In this document: positions 30,014-38,948 of the stretch, piece by piece
Layout of the letters: every line of letters begins with the position of its first letter
How positions within the stretch are numbered: the stretch's first letter is position 1
From: Gemmatimonadota bacterium
GTDB taxonomy: Bacteria > Gemmatimonadota > Gemmatimonadetes > Palauibacterales > KS3-K002
Length of the DNA stretch: 43,394 bases
Direction of reading: 5' to 3'
Assembly: GCA_039589375.1 (NCBI GenBank)
Contig: JBDHHL010000008.1
Span: 1-43,394, forward strand
Position numbers and translations under genes: made by a program
The notes under the pieces: generated by a model
What the model saw: the letters and a program-made list of their open reading frames with translations, nothing else
What the model was told of the DNA's origin: nothing
Database searches by the model: none

Positions 30014-32878
30014 CTACCTGGTTTCCTGCCGGTAGTCGAACTTGATGTCGCGCAAGTCGTTGTGGTTTATCCTGAAGTTGAATACGAAGTTTCCGTTGGA
30101 CGCTTGCCAGAACTCGAACGTCGCCGACCAACGATGCAAATCACGCCGCAGTGAGAGCGTGTGATCGACGAACTCCGTTCCTCTCAGGTCGTACGTGGTC
30201 CGCCAGGTCATGGTCCAGTTCTGCGTCGGGCTGAACCCGAGATTCGCCCGGATAGTCTGAGAATTGGTCGGCGGGGGAGCTTCTGGATCCGGCCGGGGGC
30301 GCTGCCGCACGAGACTGTAGTTCACACTGAGGCTCCACGGCCGCCTGGCCCCTTCTTCTTCCTCACGCTCGCGGAGACCAGCTTCCGGCTCCTCCCCTTC
30401 CCTGGGAAACATCCCGAGTTCGTCTTCCTCGAAGCCGCGCGCACTCGGGACTATCCCAGGATCGCTGCGGAGACCGCCGCTCGTCTCACCGAACAGTCCC
30501 GCGACGGTCCGGTCGCCGATGGAGAAGCCCAAGTTGAGCTGGGTCAGGAACGGATCGAAGCTGCGGCCGCCTTCCCTTTCCTGGAACAGATCGTGGTCGA
30601 ACCGCAGCGTCAGCCCGCGCAACACGTCGGAAGTCACCGAGTTCGATACCTGTCCGGTGATGACCTTCCCTGTCACGATATCATATGCCACCGTCGACGT
30701 ACGGATCGCCAGCAGCGTAATCTTGCGCGCCTGCGGCTCTTGCTGTGCGCCTGTCGTATCCGGCGGCGCCCCTGCTTCCCCCGCTTCTCCGGATGCCGTC
30801 TCCTCGCCCTCCTCCTCTCGACTACGCGGCTTGAGCTTGGCCTCGAAGGTCTGTGAGAGAGTCATGTTGAGCTGGTGTCTCTCCTGCGACGCCGCCGCTG
30901 GGATTCCAAGCTCTTCCAACTCCGCTGACGGCTTCACCTCGGGGCTATAGGCCCAGCTGAAAGCCGGCGAGAACTTGTGCCGGATTCGCTCCAGCGGCCC
31001 CACGCCAGGGAAGAATCCATAGACGTCCGCATTCAAACTAGCACTCGCAGACAATCGGGTCGGCAGAGAAACGTAGTTGAGCCCGGTTTTGTTGGAGCGG
31101 AAAAAGCTGCCGTCCAGGTTCATTGCGGGCGTGATGTTGGTCGACCCGATCAGCCGCTGCTGATAGCCGACCGAGGTACGCCACGATATCGTTCCTTCCC
31201 GCGCTCTGGGACCGATTACTGTGATGGGACCGGTCGCATCGCCATCCTGTACCAGGTCCGTGGTGTACTCCAACGTCTGGTCCCGGATGTTGCCGCTGGA
31301 ATTCCACCGCAGGCTGCCGAGGTTGAGGTTCGAGGTCAGGCCGCCGGATGCGACCGTGCGGCCTGGTTGCTCGGGCGAGTCGGTCGTCACTCGGTTGAAG
31401 TTCGTACTGCCGGTCCAGGTCAGTCCGTTGTACCAGCGCGCCTCGAGCGGCGAGCGGGCGGGAGTCAGCACGATCGGTGAGAGCGTGATCGAGAACTGCG
31501 GCAGGGTCATCGTGGTCGACTCGCCCTCCGAGATCGGCTGCACGCGCTGGGCGCTGAGATTGGCGGACCCCCAATCGAACCGCCTAGAGATGCCGATATT
31601 CGAACGGATATTCTGGGTCAACCGCTGGGGGTTGAACTCGTTTTCACGATTGAATTGCTGGCTCGACACGAACTGCACCGATGCCCGGAGGTCGGTGCGT
31701 TCTCCGAACTTCTGGCTGTGATTCCAAGACCCGGATATCTCTTTGCCGTCCGGTCGAAAGAACTGGGAGAGGCCGATGCGGCCGTCCAGAAACTTCTGGC
31801 GCCAGCGATACCGGTAGAACGTGTCGAAACGCGTCCAATTGTCGCTCCACCAATCCATGCTAAACTGGGCGTCCATGTAGTCGCTGATCGCCCAGTAGTA
31901 TCCGACGTTGGAGATGTGCCTGCTGTAACCGCTGCTGTTGCGGATGATGTCATTGAAGCCAAAACGAAGGGTGAGTATGCCGCTGTGACGGCCCCGGCGG
32001 ATGTCCTGCGCCATGAACGGGAACCAGAACACCGGCACATCCCCGAAGTAGAGGCGCACCGGCCATGCCACGACGATGTGGCCCAAGACGAGCTTGATCC
32101 TGTCCGACTCGAATCGGTAGTGCGGCTCGGACAGATCACACGATGTGAAGTGGCCGCTCCTCACCCATAGGGTGTCGGTTCCCTCGAGCGTGAAGTTGCC
32201 CTCTACGTTCCACACCTCCCACTGGGTCTTGCCACCGACCACGGTGCCGATTCGGCGCTCGGTGTGGTAGAAGAGCGGACCTTCCTCGCTGTCGACCTCT
32301 TCGCCGTTGGCGTTGATCAGTTTCGACTTGCCGTAGGCAGTAACGAACAGCGTCTGGCCTTCGTAGACCACCGAATCCGCAGATAACGTCTCGCCTTCCC
32401 TCTCGATGTTGGCCCTCTGTCGGATGTGAATGGAGCGATCCTGCGTCGAAAACTGAAGCGTATCGCCGCGGTAGACCACGGGACGGTAGCCCGGGCGTTC
32501 CATCAGCGCTTGCATGATCGAGTCCGGATTCGGGAACGGATCGGAAGGCGCCGCCAGCGAGTCTGCAGCCAACGAATCAGCGGCCAGGCTATCGGGCAGG
32601 GCCGGGCGGTCCGGACGTTCCTCCTCTGCGGCCCTTTGCCTCTGCCTCCGACGCTCCTCCCTCGTCGTGTCCTGCGGGAAGGCCGTTCCTGGACGTAGTC
32701 CGCCTGGCGAAGTGGCAGCCGTCAGGTCGGAAACAGACGCAACGAGGCAGGCCAGCGCGGCCGCAGGCAGAACGACCTGCGTCCACGGCGAGAGGAACTC
32801 AGTCGGCGATCGCCTGCGCGCTCTCTTCGGCAATCTGCCGACGACCCACCATCGCAACGAGGAGAATCGAGAACTCAT
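30014..32878 (-). CDS. lptD: LPS-assembly outer-membrane protein LptD (OstA family), with long N-terminal extension
   Basis: 954 aa. Signal-like VVLPAAALACLVASVS. OstA_N-like beta-jellyroll (GDTLQFSTQDRSIHIRQRANIEREGETLSADSVVYEGQTLFVTAYGKSKL). LptD hallmark FTSCDLSEPHYRFESDRIKL...AWPVRLYFGDVPVFWFPFM. Long beta-barrel with alternating aromatic pattern. ATG start overlaps the tatC 3' end by 80 nt. Confidence 0.78.
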   Translation of the reverse strand: MSSRFSSLRWWVVGRLPKRARRRSPTEFLSPWTQVVLPAAALACLVASVSDLTAATSPGGLRPGTAFPQDTTREERRRQRQRAAEEERPDRPALPDSLAADSLAADSLAAPSDPFPNPDSIMQALMERPGYRPVVYRGDTLQFSTQDRSIHIRQRANIEREGETLSADSVVYEGQTLFVTAYGKSKLINANGEEVDSEEGPLFYHTERRIGTVVGGKTQWEVWNVEGNFTLEGTDTLWVRSGHFTSCDLSEPHYRFESDRIKLVLGHIVVAWPVRLYFGDVPVFWFPFMAQDIRRGRHSGILTLRFGFNDIIRNSSGYSRHISNVGYYWAISDYMDAQFSMDWWSDNWTRFDTFYRYRWRQKFLDGRIGLSQFFRPDGKEISGSWNHSQKFGERTDLRASVQFVSSQQFNRENEFNPQRLTQNIRSNIGISRRFDWGSANLSAQRVQPISEGESTTMTLPQFSITLSPIVLTPARSPLEARWYNGLTWTGSTNFNRVTTDSPEQPGRTVASGGLTSNLNLGSLRWNSSGNIRDQTLEYTTDLVQDGDATGPITVIGPRAREGTISWRTSVGYQQRLIGSTNITPAMNLDGSFFRSNKTGLNYVSLPTRLSASASLNADVYGFFPGVGPLERIRHKFSPAFSWAYSPEVKPSAELEELGIPAAASQERHQLNMTLSQTFEAKLKPRSREEEGEETASGEAGEAGAPPDTTGAQQEPQARKITLLAIRTSTVAYDIVTGKVITGQVSNSVTSDVLRGLTLRFDHDLFQEREGGRSFDPFLTQLNLGFSIGDRTVAGLFGETSGGLRSDPGIVPSARGFEEDELGMFPREGEEPEAGLREREEEEGARRPWSLSVNYSLVRQRPRPDPEAPPPTNSQTIRANLGFSPTQNWTMTWRTTYDLRGTEFVDHTLSLRRDLHRWSATFEFWQASNGNFVFNFRINHNDLRDIKFDYRQETR

Positions 32879-33605
32879 ACAAGATCACGAGCGGCCCCAT
32901 CATCATCAGCATCGTGAGCACGTCGGCCGGGGTCAAGATGGCCGAGACGACCGCAACGCCGACGAGCGCGTGTCGCCGAAAACGCCTCAGGGTGTCCGCA
33001 GTTATCAGCCCCAGGACCGCTAGCAAGAGCGACACCAACGGCAACTCGAATATGACGCCGAACGCCAGAATCAAGCGAGTCGCGAAGCGCAGGTACTCGC
33101 CGATAGTGATTATCGGAGTCAACGCCTCGGTTTGAAACCCGAGCAGGAAGCGAAGGCCCAGAGGCAGTACGAGGAAGTAGGCCATCGCCACGCCCATCAG
33201 GAAGAGCACGAAGCCACCGACGACAGCCGGCACGACCACTTTCTTCTCTTTCTCGAACAGAGCCGGCGACATGAAGGACCAGGTGTGGTACACAATGATA
33301 GGTAGAGCCATGATGACGCCGAACACGAAGGCGAGTTTCAGGGTGACCGTCATCGGCTCCGTGGGGCTCGTGAATAGAAGCTGGCCACCGGGGACGACCG
33401 AAGTGAAGTCCGGCGATGCGATCAGGTTCTCCATCGCGTCGACGAAGGGGCGCTTCAGCAAGCCGATAATATTGAATTGCGTGACGATGAAGAACCCGGC
33501 CACCGAGAGGCTGAGTACGGAAACCGCGACCCAGATCAGGCGCGATCTCAGTTCCTCGAGGTGCTCTAAGAAAGGCATCTCGGCGGCACCCTTCGTAAGT
33601 TTCAA
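32799..33605 (-). CDS. tatC: twin-arginine translocase subunit TatC
   Basis: MPFLEHLEELRSRLIWV... followed by 6 TM segments, with FTSPTEP and FELPLV blocks. The track start at 33605 is TTG (TTGA overlap with the nrdR stop). The ATG at 33578 (MPFLEHL) is an equally plausible start. Confidence 0.92.
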   Translation of the reverse strand: MKLTKGAAEMPFLEHLEELRSRLIWVAVSVLSLSVAGFFIVTQFNIIGLLKRPFVDAMENLIASPDFTSVVPGGQLLFTSPTEPMTVTLKLAFVFGVIMALPIIVYHTWSFMSPALFEKEKKVVVPAVVGGFVLFLMGVAMAYFLVLPLGLRFLLGFQTEALTPIITIGEYLRFATRLILAFGVIFELPLVSLLLAVLGLITADTLRRFRRHALVGVAVVSAILTPADVLTMLMMMGPLVILYEFSILLVAMVGRRQIAEESAQAIAD

Positions 33606-34147
33606 CGCTTGCTCCTCCTGTCCCTATCGCTCGCCTTCGGACCGTCATCTTTCAGCGCAGACTCGAGGAAATCGAGCTGCGCCGCGTCATAATCCCCGCG
33701 GGCCGCAAGTTCCCTGATCGCCTCCAAGTACTCCTCGGGGTCCTGAAAGTTCGTGTATACCGAGGCGAAACGTACGTAGGCGACCTGGTCCAGGTCCCGC
33801 AAGGCGTCCATCACCTGCTCGCCGATCTGCCAGCTCTCGACCTCGCCCGACTCGCTCCGCTCGAGGCTCTCTTCTATGCCGTCGACTATTCCCTCGATCT
33901 GCTGCAGCGTCACCGGTCGTTTCGCGCACGCGAACTGGATCCCCCGTATGAGTTTGGTGCGATCATAGGGCTCCACGCTATCGTCCCGCTTCTTGATGGA
34001 GAGGGGACGCTCCTCGACGACCTCATAGGTCGTGAAGCGGCTCTCGCACTGCTGGCACTGGCGGCGGCGGCGCACAGCACGCCCTTCCCGACTCGTTCGT
34101 GAGTCGATAACCCTGTTCTTTGTGTGACCACAATAGGGACAGCGCAT
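33602..34147 (-). CDS. nrdR: transcriptional repressor NrdR
   Basis: 181 aa. Zn-ribbon MRCPYCGHTKNRVIDSR...RRRRQCQQCESRFTTYE plus an ATP-cone (RDDSVEPYDRTKLIRGI...VAYVRFASVY). Confidence 0.95.
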   Translation of the reverse strand: MRCPYCGHTKNRVIDSRTSREGRAVRRRRQCQQCESRFTTYEVVEERPLSIKKRDDSVEPYDRTKLIRGIQFACAKRPVTLQQIEGIVDGIEESLERSESGEVESWQIGEQVMDALRDLDQVAYVRFASVYTNFQDPEEYLEAIRELAARGDYDAAQLDFLESALKDDGPKASDRDRRSKR

Positions 34148-34190
34148 CGAGGAAGGAATGAGTTGCCCGGCACCGCGCCGGGCCTGCAGC

Positions 34191-34973
34191 CTAGCGGCAG
34201 TTCAGCCGCTCGGCTTGGTCCCGTGCCAGCCGGGATTCGTCGCTCCGCGGATAGCCCGCTAACACACGTTGAAAATACTGACAAGCGCTGTCTTTGTTCC
34301 CCTGCTCCACCTGCAGCAGACCGGCCTTGTACAGCGCTGTCGGAGCCGCCCGGGAATTCGGGTATAGCTCCACGACCCGGTTGTATTCCCGTATCGCGAG
34401 ATCGACCTCCTCTTCCATGCGATACGTTTCCGCCAGGTAGTATTGCGCGTCGGGCGCAAGCTCGTCCGCGGGATAGTCGACAAGGAACTCCTCGAAACCC
34501 GCGCGCGCCGTGTTGTATGCCTCGCGCCGGAACTGCTCGATCGCCGCTGTATAGAGGGAACGGGCGTCACCACCCGTTCCCTCCATTTCACCGACCCGCC
34601 CGCCACTGGTGTCGACGGGCACGATCGTTCCCATCTCTTCCCGGACCGCCTGACGTTGTTCCATGCGCTCGCGCAGGTTGTTCAGCACGATCTGGCTTTG
34701 ACCCAACAGTTGCTGGATCTCGACCAACTGGCGCTCCATGTCATCGAGCTGTCGGAGGAGATCGCCACGCACCGTTACAAACAGGGACCGTTGCGCTTCC
34801 AGCGCGACGGAGACCGATTCGTCCAAATCAGCTACCGTCGCTGAGATCGTTTCCTGTCTGGCCTGTACCGCAGCCAATTCGGCGCGAATGCTATCGACGT
34901 CTTTCTTGGTCGCGCAGGCGCTCAAGCCCACGCCAGCCACGATCAAAGCCAACCCCGCGACACGACTTCTCAT
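34191..34973 (-). CDS. ybgF: Tol-Pal system protein YbgF/CpoB-like lipoprotein
   Basis: 260 aa. Lipobox LSAC. Coiled-coil N-domain. C-terminal TPR-like YbgF domain (YTAAIEQFRREAYNTARAGFEEFLVDYP...AQYYLAETY...YPNSRAAPTALYKAGL...YP.S). Sits directly after pal. Confidence 0.8.
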   Translation of the reverse strand: MRSRVAGLALIVAGVGLSACATKKDVDSIRAELAAVQARQETISATVADLDESVSVALEAQRSLFVTVRGDLLRQLDDMERQLVEIQQLLGQSQIVLNNLRERMEQRQAVREEMGTIVPVDTSGGRVGEMEGTGGDARSLYTAAIEQFRREAYNTARAGFEEFLVDYPADELAPDAQYYLAETYRMEEEVDLAIREYNRVVELYPNSRAAPTALYKAGLLQVEQGNKDSACQYFQRVLAGYPRSDESRLARDQAERLNCR

Positions 34974-34997
34974 CTGGCGACGACCTCGCGATTCGGA

Positions 34998-35591
34998 CTA
35001 GTCTCCCGAGCCGAGGCGTCCGTAACTAGTGACGACGAATTCCCCGCGGCGGTTCTGAGCCCAAGCGTCCTCGTTAGAGGCGTTCACGAGAGGGCGCTCC
35101 TCGCCGTAGCTAATCGTCGCGAAACGGCTCGTCTCGATCCCGTAGCTCATCAAGTACCGGCGCACTGCCTCCGCGCGGCGCTGCCCGAGGGCAAGGTTGT
35201 ACTCGTCGGAGCCGCGCTCGTCACAATGCCCCTCAACCCTGATGTTGATCCCCGGATACTCGCGGAGCGCACTGACCTTGCGCTGCAAGACCTGCTCGGC
35301 ATCGGACCGGATGTCGGACCTGTCAAAGTCGAAGTGTACGCGCTCGGCGATGATTCCCAGCACACGCTGGCGCTCAGCCTCGCGGCGGCGGCGCTCCTCT
35401 TCCTCCCGCCGAAGACGCTCGGCTTCCTCGCGCGCTCTCCGCTCGGCTTCCAGATCCCTAGTGTTTACCTGGGGCTCGGGTTCGGGCTCCGGCTCGGGTT
35501 CCGGCGGCGGCGAGCCGCCGCACCCGGCGACGATCAGTGCCAACGCCAGCGTGCCGAGCCAGCCTGTGTTCTTCTTCCAAGTGCTAGCCAT
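34998..35591 (-). CDS. pal: peptidoglycan-associated lipoprotein Pal (OmpA-family) with EP-repeat and E/R-rich linker
   Basis: Start at ATG 35591 (GGGAG RBS 7 nt upstream, 10 nt after the tolB stop). Lipobox LIVAGC. OmpA-like domain VHFDFDRSDIR...GHCDERGSDEYNLALGQRRAEAVRRYL. The track ORF start at 35633 is over-extended into tolB. Confidence 0.9.
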   Translation of the reverse strand: MASTWKKNTGWLGTLALALIVAGCGGSPPPEPEPEPEPEPQVNTRDLEAERRAREEAERLRREEEERRRREAERQRVLGIIAERVHFDFDRSDIRSDAEQVLQRKVSALREYPGINIRVEGHCDERGSDEYNLALGQRRAEAVRRYLMSYGIETSRFATISYGEERPLVNASNEDAWAQNRRGEFVVTSYGRLGSGD

Positions 35592-35601
35592 ATACCGCTC
35601 C

Positions 35602-37059
35602 CTAAGGGTTGTTACTGTTGGGGCTTCCAGCACTTTCGCCCATGGAGTGAGAAGGTGAATCTAAGCGACCTGACCAGTCAGGCAAGCGCGCTCCGGGTGT
35701 CCGAACCAGCCGCCTAATCCGACCGGTCACCACGTCCAGTATCCAGAGACCTTCTGTTCCGCCTCTTGTAGACGCAAATACTACATGCCGTCCGTCCGAC
35801 GCCCAGCTGGGATCCTCGTTGCGTCCGACCTGCGTGAGCTGTCGAAGGCCTCTTCCGTCGGGAGCGGCCGTGAAGATCTGGGGGCTACCCCCCACCCAGC
35901 CATGGAAAGCGACACGATCGCCCATGGGGGACCAGTCGGGCCCGGCGTTGTGGACGCTTCTATCATAGATGTACGGCGTGACGAGTTCGGCCGACACTCC
36001 TCCTACATCCTTCACGAAGATGTGTAGCTGCCCCAACCGATCCGAGTTGAAGGCGATTCGCTGAGCATCGGGCGAGAACGTCGGCGACAGCGAATTCGAG
36101 AACCGGGCAAAAGTCGTCCGCTCTGCACAACAGCGATCGACCAGATTGTAGATGAAGATCTCGGTCCGCCCATCCACCGTTCCAGCGAAAGCCAGCTGAG
36201 TTCCGTCTGGCGAATAGGCCGGCGTCATATCCATGCCCGGCAGATCGACAAGTAGCTTCGAACTCCCTGGGTTCAGACTCAGTTCGTATATCGCCGGGTC
36301 GCCACCCTGATACGACATGTAGGCGATGCGATCGCTGGCCGGAGACCATGCGGGAGAGAGGGCGATCGAATTGTCCATGGAGATCGGGCGAGCCTGGAAC
36401 CCGTCACTGTCAACGACGTATATCTCCGAACCACCGGCTCCGTCCGCCACGTAGGCCACCCTGCTTGTGGCGATGCCGGGGCTGCTCGTGGCCCAGGCGA
36501 CGACCTGGTCGGCAGCGTAGTGGATCGCCAGCCGCAGATCCGGGTGCCCGAACGGAGGCAACTCGAAAGCGCGGACGTCCTGCAGCAGCCTGAACACGAC
36601 GTCGTGTAGCGACAGGCGCAGCACGGGGGCCTCAGCAGGGCCCTCGATCATTCCGATCAACAGCCAGACGGCACCCATCTGATCCCACAGCCCATAGTTG
36701 ATCGGACCTCCAAGCGGAACATCCTCACCGACTCTCATCACCTGGAGCCGGTCACTGAAATCGAGGTCGCGCAGGATGATCGCCCGCACGCTGTCGGCGA
36801 GTTCCAGGTGCGTTTCATCCACAGAGATGCGTGGCATCACAATCCCCGGCCGAAAGGTCGGCTGATAGAGGATGCCTACCCGCACGTCAGTCGGGATGCT
36901 ATCGCGCTGGGCTTCCTGGGCGGCCGCAGAAGCAGCAGCAAGCGCCAGCCCGGCGCACAGGATCGCCGCCGACCTACCCATGAAAAATGTTACCGTCTTC
37001 CGGGAGCGCTGACGCATCCACCCGCGCGCTCGACCAGCGAATCGTGGTGTCAGGTCCAT
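35602..37059 (-). CDS. tolB: Tol-Pal system beta-propeller protein TolB
   Basis: 485 aa. Signal peptide (...AILCAGLALAAASAAAQ). TolB N-domain plus repeated PD40/WD-like blades (SPAWSPASDRIAY, TPAYSPDGTQLAF, SPTFSPDAQRIAF, GPDWSPMGDRVAF, DPSWASDGRHVVF). The true start may be the ATG at 37017 or 36981. Confidence 0.9.
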   Translation of the reverse strand: MDLTPRFAGRARGWMRQRSRKTVTFFMGRSAAILCAGLALAAASAAAQEAQRDSIPTDVRVGILYQPTFRPGIVMPRISVDETHLELADSVRAIILRDLDFSDRLQVMRVGEDVPLGGPINYGLWDQMGAVWLLIGMIEGPAEAPVLRLSLHDVVFRLLQDVRAFELPPFGHPDLRLAIHYAADQVVAWATSSPGIATSRVAYVADGAGGSEIYVVDSDGFQARPISMDNSIALSPAWSPASDRIAYMSYQGGDPAIYELSLNPGSSKLLVDLPGMDMTPAYSPDGTQLAFAGTVDGRTEIFIYNLVDRCCAERTTFARFSNSLSPTFSPDAQRIAFNSDRLGQLHIFVKDVGGVSAELVTPYIYDRSVHNAGPDWSPMGDRVAFHGWVGGSPQIFTAAPDGRGLRQLTQVGRNEDPSWASDGRHVVFASTRGGTEGLWILDVVTGRIRRLVRTPGARLPDWSGRLDSPSHSMGESAGSPNSNNP

Positions 37060-37086
37060 CTACAAACTTCAAGCTGTTCAGGTTGG

Positions 37087-37803
37087 CTAGTACCGGGTCG
37101 GATCGAAAAAGAACGACACGCGCAGAGCGTCCGACGGATAGTCCTCCGGCAACGGCCCGAATGCTCTTCGTCGACCTGCTGCCTCGATCGCTCCGCGAGC
37201 CTCGAGGTCGAACGCGGGACTCCCCGAGCGGCGTACCCATGCCACATCCTCCACCGACCCATCGCTCAGAATCGTGAACGCGAGCTCAGCCCGCAGTTGC
37301 TGACCACCGGTGGGCGGCCGCCAATGCCGCTTGATCTGCAAGATAATATTCGCCAAATACTCCGGATACTGGAAGGGCACGCCCTCCAGCCGTACAGGTA
37401 GGCCCTCCACACCCTCCGGCGATTGCTCGGGCGCCGCTGCCGGCCTTTCCTCCACCAGGGGTTCGGGCGTTACCTCGACCGCCTCCGTCTCGGCTTCCGC
37501 CGGAGTCGTCTCCCGGCGGGGCCTCTCGGTCGGCGCCGGTTGCGTTTCGACAGGCCTCGTTCTCGGACTCTCCTCCGGCGTAGGCCTCGGCCTGTCCGGA
37601 ACCGGGACCGAGCGCACGGGGGCTTCGCGAGGCGCGGCGACCAGTTCCACTTGGTAGATCTGCGGCGGCGTCGGCAGCGAGAGATGGGTGGCACCCCAGA
37701 ACATGATGCCAAGAACGATGACATGCACGCTCAGCGAGCCGACGACGGCCTCAGTAACCCCGTCCTCCGATCGTGATTCACGGTGAATAATCAGCCGAGC
37801 CAT
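37087..37803 (-). CDS. TonB-family energy transducer occupying the TolA position
   Basis: 238 aa. One N-terminal TM (VGSLSVHVIVLGIMFWGA), a Pro/Glu-rich spacer and a C-terminal TonB_C/TolA-III-like domain (YPEYLANIILQIKRHWRPP...AELAFTILSDGSVEDVAWVRRSGSPAFDLEARGAI). Located between tolR and tolB. Confidence 0.75.
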   Translation of the reverse strand: MARLIIHRESRSEDGVTEAVVGSLSVHVIVLGIMFWGATHLSLPTPPQIYQVELVAAPREAPVRSVPVPDRPRPTPEESPRTRPVETQPAPTERPRRETTPAEAETEAVEVTPEPLVEERPAAAPEQSPEGVEGLPVRLEGVPFQYPEYLANIILQIKRHWRPPTGGQQLRAELAFTILSDGSVEDVAWVRRSGSPAFDLEARGAIEAAGRRRAFGPLPEDYPSDALRVSFFFDPTRY

Positions 37804-37807
37804 TCAA

Positions 37808-38236
37808 TCAGCGCCTCCGCCGCACCTCCGGCTCCGCGACCAGGCCGACGGCGTCGATCTCGGCCGCCTTGATCGCTGCCACGACCTTCAACACGATGCC
37901 GTAGGCAGCGGCCTCGTCCCCCCGCACGTACACCGTCGGGGTGCCCTTCTGCGTCCACACATCACGGATCGCTGCCTTGAACTCATCCAGCGTGACCGGC
38001 GCATCGTCTATGTAGATCGCGCCTTCACGATCGATCGAGACAACGATCGCCTCGCTGGCGGGTATTGGTGCCACCTCCGCTTCCGGCAGCCGCACCTCTA
38101 CTCCGCCCTGCAGGATCGGCGCGGTGATCATGAAGATCACGAGCAGGGTGAACGCCACGTCGACCAGGTTGATGAGGTTGATGTCCGCCGTTAACGGCAA
38201 GGACCGATCTTCATAAAGTCCACCGTACCGCGCCAT
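37808..38236 (-). CDS. tolR: ExbD/TolR family biopolymer transport protein
   Basis: 142 aa. INLINLVDVAFTLLVIFMITAP with the conserved Asp. Periplasmic domain ...VVSIDREGAIYIDD...V.VRGDEAAAYG.V.KV. Confidence 0.9.
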   Translation of the reverse strand: MARYGGLYEDRSLPLTADINLINLVDVAFTLLVIFMITAPILQGGVEVRLPEAEVAPIPASEAIVVSIDREGAIYIDDAPVTLDEFKAAIRDVWTQKGTPTVYVRGDEAAAYGIVLKVVAAIKAAEIDAVGLVAEPEVRRRR

Positions 38237-38946
38237 CAGATCTTACCCTCGCGCGCCAGTGCGCCAATGAACTCGTTGACGAAACCCTGCAGCTCTCCCG
38301 CAAACAGAGCCAGGCGGCTTGCGAAATAGTTGTAGCCGATCACCGCCGGGATAGCGACGCCAAGACCCGTTACCGTGGTGATCAGCGCCTCGGCGATGCC
38401 GGGGGCTACGGCCGTGATGTTGGCGCTGCCCTGTACTGAAATCCCCACGAACGAGTCCATCACGCCGACCACAGTACCCATGAGCCCGAGCAGCGGGCTA
38501 ACGGTGGCGATCGTGGCAAGGCCCGGTAGCCCATGGGCCATGGCATCCCGTTCTCCCACGATCTCCTTGTCCAGAACCAGGCGCAGCGTCTCCACCTGCG
38601 CGGCACTCAGGCCACTGCCAGGATTCTCCGAGCGCGGCTGCAGGCCGGCAAAGAAGTTCATCCCATGCCTGAAGACACGCAGATTGGGCGAATCCGGAAG
38701 CGTGATGACCGCCTTGTACGCTTCGTCGAGATGTTGGGCCTGGGCGACCTCTTCGAGAAACTGCTCCTGCAGCAACCGTACGCGCCGAAACTGGATTCCC
38801 TTCCAGATGATCAGCACCCACGAGCCCAGCGAGAAGATGAGCAGGACGATCAGGATCAGCTTGGTGGTGATGGTTGCGTGGGCCACCATGTCCCACGCGT
38901 TGACAGGCAGCGGAGTCTGCACGATTGTCGCCGCAACCGCCAACAT
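38236..38946 (-). CDS. tolQ: MotA/TolQ/ExbB proton-channel protein
   Basis: Start at ATG 38946, 2 nt after the epimerase stop, gives about 236 aa with 3 TM segments. LATIATVSPLLGLMGTVVGVM and TAVAPGIAEALITTVTGLGVAIPAVIGYN blocks. The track start at 39018 overlaps the epimerase. Confidence 0.9.
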   Translation of the reverse strand: MLAVAATIVQTPLPVNAWDMVAHATITTKLILIVLLIFSLGSWVLIIWKGIQFRRVRLLQEQFLEEVAQAQHLDEAYKAVITLPDSPNLRVFRHGMNFFAGLQPRSENPGSGLSAAQVETLRLVLDKEIVGERDAMAHGLPGLATIATVSPLLGLMGTVVGVMDSFVGISVQGSANITAVAPGIAEALITTVTGLGVAIPAVIGYNYFASRLALFAGELQGFVNEFIGALAREGKI

Positions 38947-38948
38947 CA

